64,000 nucleotides of DNA, from positions 1,984,001-2,048,000 of the forward strand of contig OZ244207.1 in the NCBI GenBank assembly GCA_965216875.1. Direction: 5' to 3'. This DNA comes from Rubripirellula sp. GTDB taxonomy: Bacteria; Planctomycetota; Planctomycetia; Pirellulales; Pirellulaceae. The position numbers were made by a program, and so were the translations under genes. Below the pieces are notes generated by a model. That model searched no databases. It saw nothing but the letters and a program-made list of their open reading frames with translations, and was not told the DNA's origin. Shown here piece after piece: positions 59,626 through 64,000 of the stretch (the first letter of the stretch is position 1; each line of letters opens with the position of its first letter).

Positions 59626-59928
59626 ATGAAACAGATCGTCACCATCGTCCGACCACACTTGGCCGAACAAGTGCTGGCAAGCTTACGCCGAGCCCCGGTC
59701 GAAGCGCTTAGCGTGACAGAGGTGAAGGGCTACGGACGGCAAAAGAGCTACCTAGATGAATACCAGGAGACCGAGTATTCCGAAGCCTTTGTGCCCAAGG
59801 TGGAGATCACGCTTTGGGTTGAGGATTCCCGAGCAGAGGAAATCCTTGAGAAGATCGTTTCGGTCGCACGAAGCGGCCGAATCGGCGACGGCAAAATCTT
59901 GGTTATGCCTGTGGCTGAGTTTCTTTAG
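59626..59928 (+). CDS. P-II family regulator, C-terminally short
   Basis: MK.I..IVRP, EVKGYGRQK, PKVEI and SGRIGDGKI, 100 aa. Confidence 0.88.
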   Translation: MKQIVTIVRPHLAEQVLASLRRAPVEALSVTEVKGYGRQKSYLDEYQETEYSEAFVPKVEITLWVEDSRAEEILEKIVSVARSGRIGDGKILVMPVAEFL

Positions 59929-60613
59929 CAGCCTGGTTCTTCTTGCGACGTCGGTAACCGTAGCCACAAACCATCGATCCCATTGCCAACATGATCGCAT
60001 GTGATGGCTCTGGAGTGCTGACCACTGCGGTGTTGGAGTTGACGGGAATGCCGATTGGGAATACCGAATCAGCCACAGCAAAGGGGGACAAGCCACCAAC
60101 GGACTGTGCCGTGACGGTGTAACTGGCCGCAGGATTTGCACCAATGTCGTAGGTAACCGAACCGAGCAAGACCGAGTTATCGTTCACGCCATCGGTCGCA
60201 GTCGTGGCCCCTGTTTGTCCGAGCCCGTTCAATTCAATCATTGCCAACCGAACCTGCTGGCCCGTGATTTGCGAATTTCCACTCAGGTCGTCTACTAAAC
60301 CTGGGCCGAACGTAAACGCAGTCGGTGTCAGTTGTGTGCCGCCTGAGGTGACGTCGACCGTAAAATCGGCGAGTGCCACACCAGTCGCGTCGTCCTGAAG
60401 CCGAGTCTCGGGAGCGATCTGGGTGAGATAAATCTCAAGGGTGACCGACGTGTTGGGCAAACTGCTGGTTCGGAAAACCGACCCATCACTCGCAACAGCC
60501 CCTCCGCGACCAAACTCGAGAACGAAGGACTGTGCTGAAGCGTTCGTCTGCACGACTGCCGCTAAAACGAAAGCGAATGCGACAGATGCAATACGAGATG
60601 TTAGGCGAGACAT
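59903..60613 (-). CDS. PEP-CTERM sorting-domain protein
   Basis: Signal peptide, Thr/Val-rich body, and TPEPS followed by a TM helix and RRRKK. Confidence 0.8.
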   Translation of the reverse strand: MSRLTSRIASVAFAFVLAAVVQTNASAQSFVLEFGRGGAVASDGSVFRTSSLPNTSVTLEIYLTQIAPETRLQDDATGVALADFTVDVTSGGTQLTPTAFTFGPGLVDDLSGNSQITGQQVRLAMIELNGLGQTGATTATDGVNDNSVLLGSVTYDIGANPAASYTVTAQSVGGLSPFAVADSVFPIGIPVNSNTAVVSTPEPSHAIMLAMGSMVCGYGYRRRKKNQAAKETQPQA

Positions 60614-60837
60614 AAGCTTGATGAGATTCTTCACGTTGGAAAGGTAGCGCAAAACACCGTGGTTGTGTGGGCTATCGTAAATGAATGGACGACGGAGTGT
60701 GGCCGAAAATCCCCCACGTTCCCCTAAATTTTGCAAACTTTCACAAACCACCCGGCTTGAACCCCTCTGGTGGTGGATCGGTGGTCCCAGGAGGCGCTGG
60801 GAAACGAAGCCATCAAGCGTTTGACGGCGCCCGGCAA

Positions 60838-61791
60838 TCAGGCAGGGTAGCGTGGTGCGGCCAGCGACGATGCGTCAAATCCCGTCTCGCCGGTGAACAG
60901 ACGACCAGCATTAGGGCAAGCTGCCTGATCCGATTCGCTCATATGCTCCACAGCCGTTGTGATGACGAGTGTGACCTGGTCACCCGTTGGCACGAGCGAC
61001 GGGCAGGTGTTTTGGGGCGAGCCCGGAGTCTGCCAAACGACCTTCAGTTGCCCGGACGCCAAGTCGTACAACCGCGTTTCGCCATACTCTGCGACTTCAG
61101 GACGGAACATGGAGACGATCACGCCCGTGTTATCGGGAGTCAGAATTGCGCCATCGGGTACGGCAGGGTCGCCTTCAAAATCAACCACGACCTCGGCCGC
61201 GCCGAGTGAGCCGGATGAGATATCGATGGGATAGGAAACGATCGTCCGTGTCGGCGAATCAATGTCGATCAACCGCAGGCTGTCCCCCGAGGAAATCATC
61301 GCCTTGCCGTTGCTGCAGATTTGATCGTCACGCAAGCGAATCAACTTTTTGTCGCTACCACGGTAGAGGTACAGTCCTGCCTTCTTTGTCGCAAATTCAA
61401 GGTCCTTGGTTCCGAAGATCAAGTTGTCTTCGAAGACCATTCCATCATTGATGATCGTGTTGGTGACATCTTGGTCGACCCCTTCGCAAAAACTCTCGAA
61501 GGTTCCACGGCCCGTATCAAAAATCCCGAGCGACCGTTCGCAGCCGACGACAAACCGGCCTTCGGATTCGCAAGGAAACGCGAACCCTGGACGCCCCGGC
61601 AAATCGTAGGATTGATTCTCGCCGCTCTTCATGTCGTAGATGTTCAAGCTACCCGAGGTTGCATCGAGTCCATGCTGAATTCCAACCCACGAAAACTTTC
61701 GATCGCCCAGTGGATAAGGGCCTTCGGGGAGGAACCGAAGCTCGGCGGACGAGGGAACAGAAAGCGGGGAAGCTTGACGAATCTCGGTCAT
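60838..61791 (-). CDS. SMP-30/gluconolactonase/LRE family protein
   Basis: LPEGP, NDG, SNG, IDSPT and PDG. Confidence 0.85.
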   Translation of the reverse strand: MTEIRQASPLSVPSSAELRFLPEGPYPLGDRKFSWVGIQHGLDATSGSLNIYDMKSGENQSYDLPGRPGFAFPCESEGRFVVGCERSLGIFDTGRGTFESFCEGVDQDVTNTIINDGMVFEDNLIFGTKDLEFATKKAGLYLYRGSDKKLIRLRDDQICSNGKAMISSGDSLRLIDIDSPTRTIVSYPIDISSGSLGAAEVVVDFEGDPAVPDGAILTPDNTGVIVSMFRPEVAEYGETRLYDLASGQLKVVWQTPGSPQNTCPSLVPTGDQVTLVITTAVEHMSESDQAACPNAGRLFTGETGFDASSLAAPRYPA

Positions 61792-62005
61792 GAATCACGT
61801 CTACTGGTTCAGTATTTCGGCTGGTGAAGGCATCAGTTTGCCATCGAATGGGCGTTGTTGCCACAGCCCTACCGATCGACAAAGTAACGGGTCGCGACCG
61901 TCCCCCTGCTGGGCTCCTGTTGCCGATCTCGACAGCCGCCTATCATGGCTTCCGTGTTGGCAATGTAACGCCAGTAAGAAAATCGCTCACTGCAGGAATC
62001 GTGTT

Positions 62006-62803
62006 TTGTCATTAAGCATCATGCGTCGGTTCACCTTCTGTGCAGGCCATCGTCTGGTCGGCCACGAAGGAAAGTGCCAAAACTTGCACGGTCACAACTA
62101 TGTGGTCGAAATCTATGTCACTGGCGCACAGCAGGACGCAATCGGCCGAATTCTCGACTTCAAGTTGTTGAAGAATCGAGTGAAGGATTGGATCGACGAC
62201 AATTGGGACCATACTTTCATCCTTTGGAATCAGGATGAAAACGGGCTAGCCGCGATTCGTTCGTCCGAGCCGCATCGGATCTATGAACTCGACGCTAATC
62301 CAACGGCCGAGAACATGGCAATTCATCTGCTTGAAGAGATTTGCCCCAAAATCCTTGATGGCACGGGCGCGACAGCGTTCAAGATTCGGCTTTGGGAAAG
62401 TGAAGAAACCTGCGCAGAAGTGACCGTCGGCCAAATGCAAACCTACGAGCTAAACCACGTCGCCATTCACGTCGAGAATGTTGAAAAGAGCGTCGAATTC
62501 TATCGTGACGCGCTGAAGCTAAAGCCGTTGCCGCGGCCAGACTTTGATTTCCCCGGTGCCTGGTTTCAGCTGGGCACAACCCAAGAACTGCACATCATCG
62601 GCGATCGGGATTTGCCGGTGCATTCGCATCACCGTGGCGGCCACTTCGCGCTTATCGTCGATTCTTTGGACGAGTGGGAATCGCACCTCGATGCCTACGG
62701 GGCGAAGCGCCTGCAGCGAAAAACACGTCCCGACGGTGCCTTTCAAACCTTCGTCCAAGATCCCGACGGGCATTGGATCGAACTCTGCATGCTCAACCCG
62801 TAG
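62006..62803 (+). CDS. queD: QueD (6-carboxytetrahydropterin synthase) fused to a VOC/glyoxalase domain
   Basis: GHRL..HEGKCQNLHGHNY...PTAEN...WES continues in frame into HVAIHV...FY...ELH...HFA...QDPDGHWIEL. TTG start after AGGA. Confidence 0.85.
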   Translation: MSLSIMRRFTFCAGHRLVGHEGKCQNLHGHNYVVEIYVTGAQQDAIGRILDFKLLKNRVKDWIDDNWDHTFILWNQDENGLAAIRSSEPHRIYELDANPTAENMAIHLLEEICPKILDGTGATAFKIRLWESEETCAEVTVGQMQTYELNHVAIHVENVEKSVEFYRDALKLKPLPRPDFDFPGAWFQLGTTQELHIIGDRDLPVHSHHRGGHFALIVDSLDEWESHLDAYGAKRLQRKTRPDGAFQTFVQDPDGHWIELCMLNP

Positions 62804-62879
62804 GGTGCCGTGCTTGCACGCACCACTGAAGCTGCTAGAGCTGGACTTCGAGGCTGGTGCGTGCAAGCACACACCCTAC
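62800..62879. repeat. REP doublet, same family as the 20-23 kb array
   Basis: GTAGGGTGCCGTGCTTGCACGCACCA...TGGTGCGTGCAAGCACACACCCTAC fills the whole space between two convergent stop codons. Confidence 0.9.
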
Positions 62880-63619
62880 TAGATCAGGTCTCTTAGCGAC
62901 GTGATTGCCAGTGGCTCCTTGGTGGCGAACGGTTCGCCGTATTGGCGATTGATCAATCGACCCCAATAGGCTGCGTCGTCGCGGACGCGATCGATCATGG
63001 TTGGAGGTTCTGTAGGGCGTCCCGTGATGAACTGACTTTCATAGGCCACGATCGACGCGCGTTTCTTTTCCCATTGATCCGAGATGTCGACGATCCAATC
63101 GGGTTGGACGGCAAGCCTTAGGTGGATGCAGAAATAGTAGTAAATGCGTTCCGGGTGAAAACGCTCGCCAGGCATCTCGGTTTTGCTCAGCTTTGACCAA
63201 AACCTTGCCGCTTCGATCAATTCGGTTGCCGCGACATGATCGGGGTGCGCATCGACCCAATACGGTGCAAAGATCCATCGCGGCCGCAACATTCGAAAAT
63301 AACTCGCCAGCAACTCGCGAGCTGATAATGTCGCTTCCAGGCACCGATTGGTCAGGCCAGCATTTCCCCGCCATGTCAACTGCATGATCTCAGTTGCCGT
63401 TGCCGTTTCGGCTTGTCGAATCTCATCACTTCCGTGCGGGGTGGGTTCTCCGCTAGTCAAGTCCAGAACACCGACACGAAAGCCTTGTTCGATCATCCGA
63501 ATGATTGTGCCTCCCATCCCTAGTTCGGCATCATCCGGATGGGGCGCGACCACCAAAAAGTCGAGCGGTTCGGAGATCTCGATTTCAGCTGGCCTACCAA
63601 GGGGCGCGGTTAAAGTCAC
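62879..63619 (-). CDS. bshB1: BshB1-like PIG-L family deacetylase
   Basis: APHPDDAELGMGGT, DLTSGE, HPDH, VDIS and YESQF. Confidence 0.85.
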   Translation of the reverse strand: MTLTAPLGRPAEIEISEPLDFLVVAPHPDDAELGMGGTIIRMIEQGFRVGVLDLTSGEPTPHGSDEIRQAETATATEIMQLTWRGNAGLTNRCLEATLSARELLASYFRMLRPRWIFAPYWVDAHPDHVAATELIEAARFWSKLSKTEMPGERFHPERIYYYFCIHLRLAVQPDWIVDISDQWEKKRASIVAYESQFITGRPTEPPTMIDRVRDDAAYWGRLINRQYGEPFATKEPLAITSLRDLI

Positions 63620-63774
63620 AAATCAATTCCCAGGTCAATGATCACAAAGGGCGTACGGAGTACGGTAAGAAAACCAGAAAATGAACGGCGAGGCAACGCG
63701 TCCGCCGATGGCCGGCGTTCGCTTCGGACGCTCGTTGCACAGAGATTGGTTCAAAGCGATTGACGCCTCGACCA

Positions 63775-64000
63775 CTACCGCTGGTAGATCGGGAGGTAGT
63801 GGTAGCGAACACTCAAGCTGAGAATTGCCAGGGAGGTCGCGTAGATCGATCCGACGTTTCGTTCTTCGCTGCCCATCGCCAACCAAGAACCGTTGCTCCG
63901 CTGGGCATCGAGCAGTAGTTCCGGAACAAGCGTGTCGGCCTTTTTGGCGTACTTGCCGCCCGCTTGGTGCATTCCTTGGGCGTAATAGTAGAGTCCGTAG
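63775..64000 (-). CDS. Prenyltransferase/squalene-cyclase-repeat protein, C-terminal end (truncated by window)
   Basis: [28 protein letters not shown] and YLPIYQR. Confidence 0.8.
   Translation of the reverse strand, partial: YGLYYYAQGMHQAGGKYAKKADTLVPELLLDAQRSNGSWLAMGSEERNVGSIYATSLAILSLSVRYHYLPIYQR

Overview
A 64 kb window of bacterial chromosome, most likely from a planctomycete of the Pirellulaceae type. This is inferred from a DUF1559 prepilin-type gene, a 'LESRQLMAGD' extracellular domain, a TIGR03067-like protein, an ECF sigma/Ser-Thr kinase pair and three sulfatases. Core genes include smc, pckA, queG, two queD-family genes, bshB1, a beta-oxidation operon and an ExbB/ExbD operon. No rRNA, tRNA, CRISPR, integrase or transposase was recognised. 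The most striking structure is at 20131-22904: five short, unrelated, co-oriented ORFs, each alone between copies of a ~80 bp GTAG-capped inverted-repeat (REP doublet) element, forming an integron-like cassette array downstream of queG with no attC sites or integrase in view. A second accessory strip follows smc, where an inverted pair of ~124 bp elements brackets four small genes. At least five palindromic repeat families occur, several with a terminus in or next to a stop codon. All product calls come from motif recognition by eye, and many start codons were moved from the ORF track to the more plausible downstream start.
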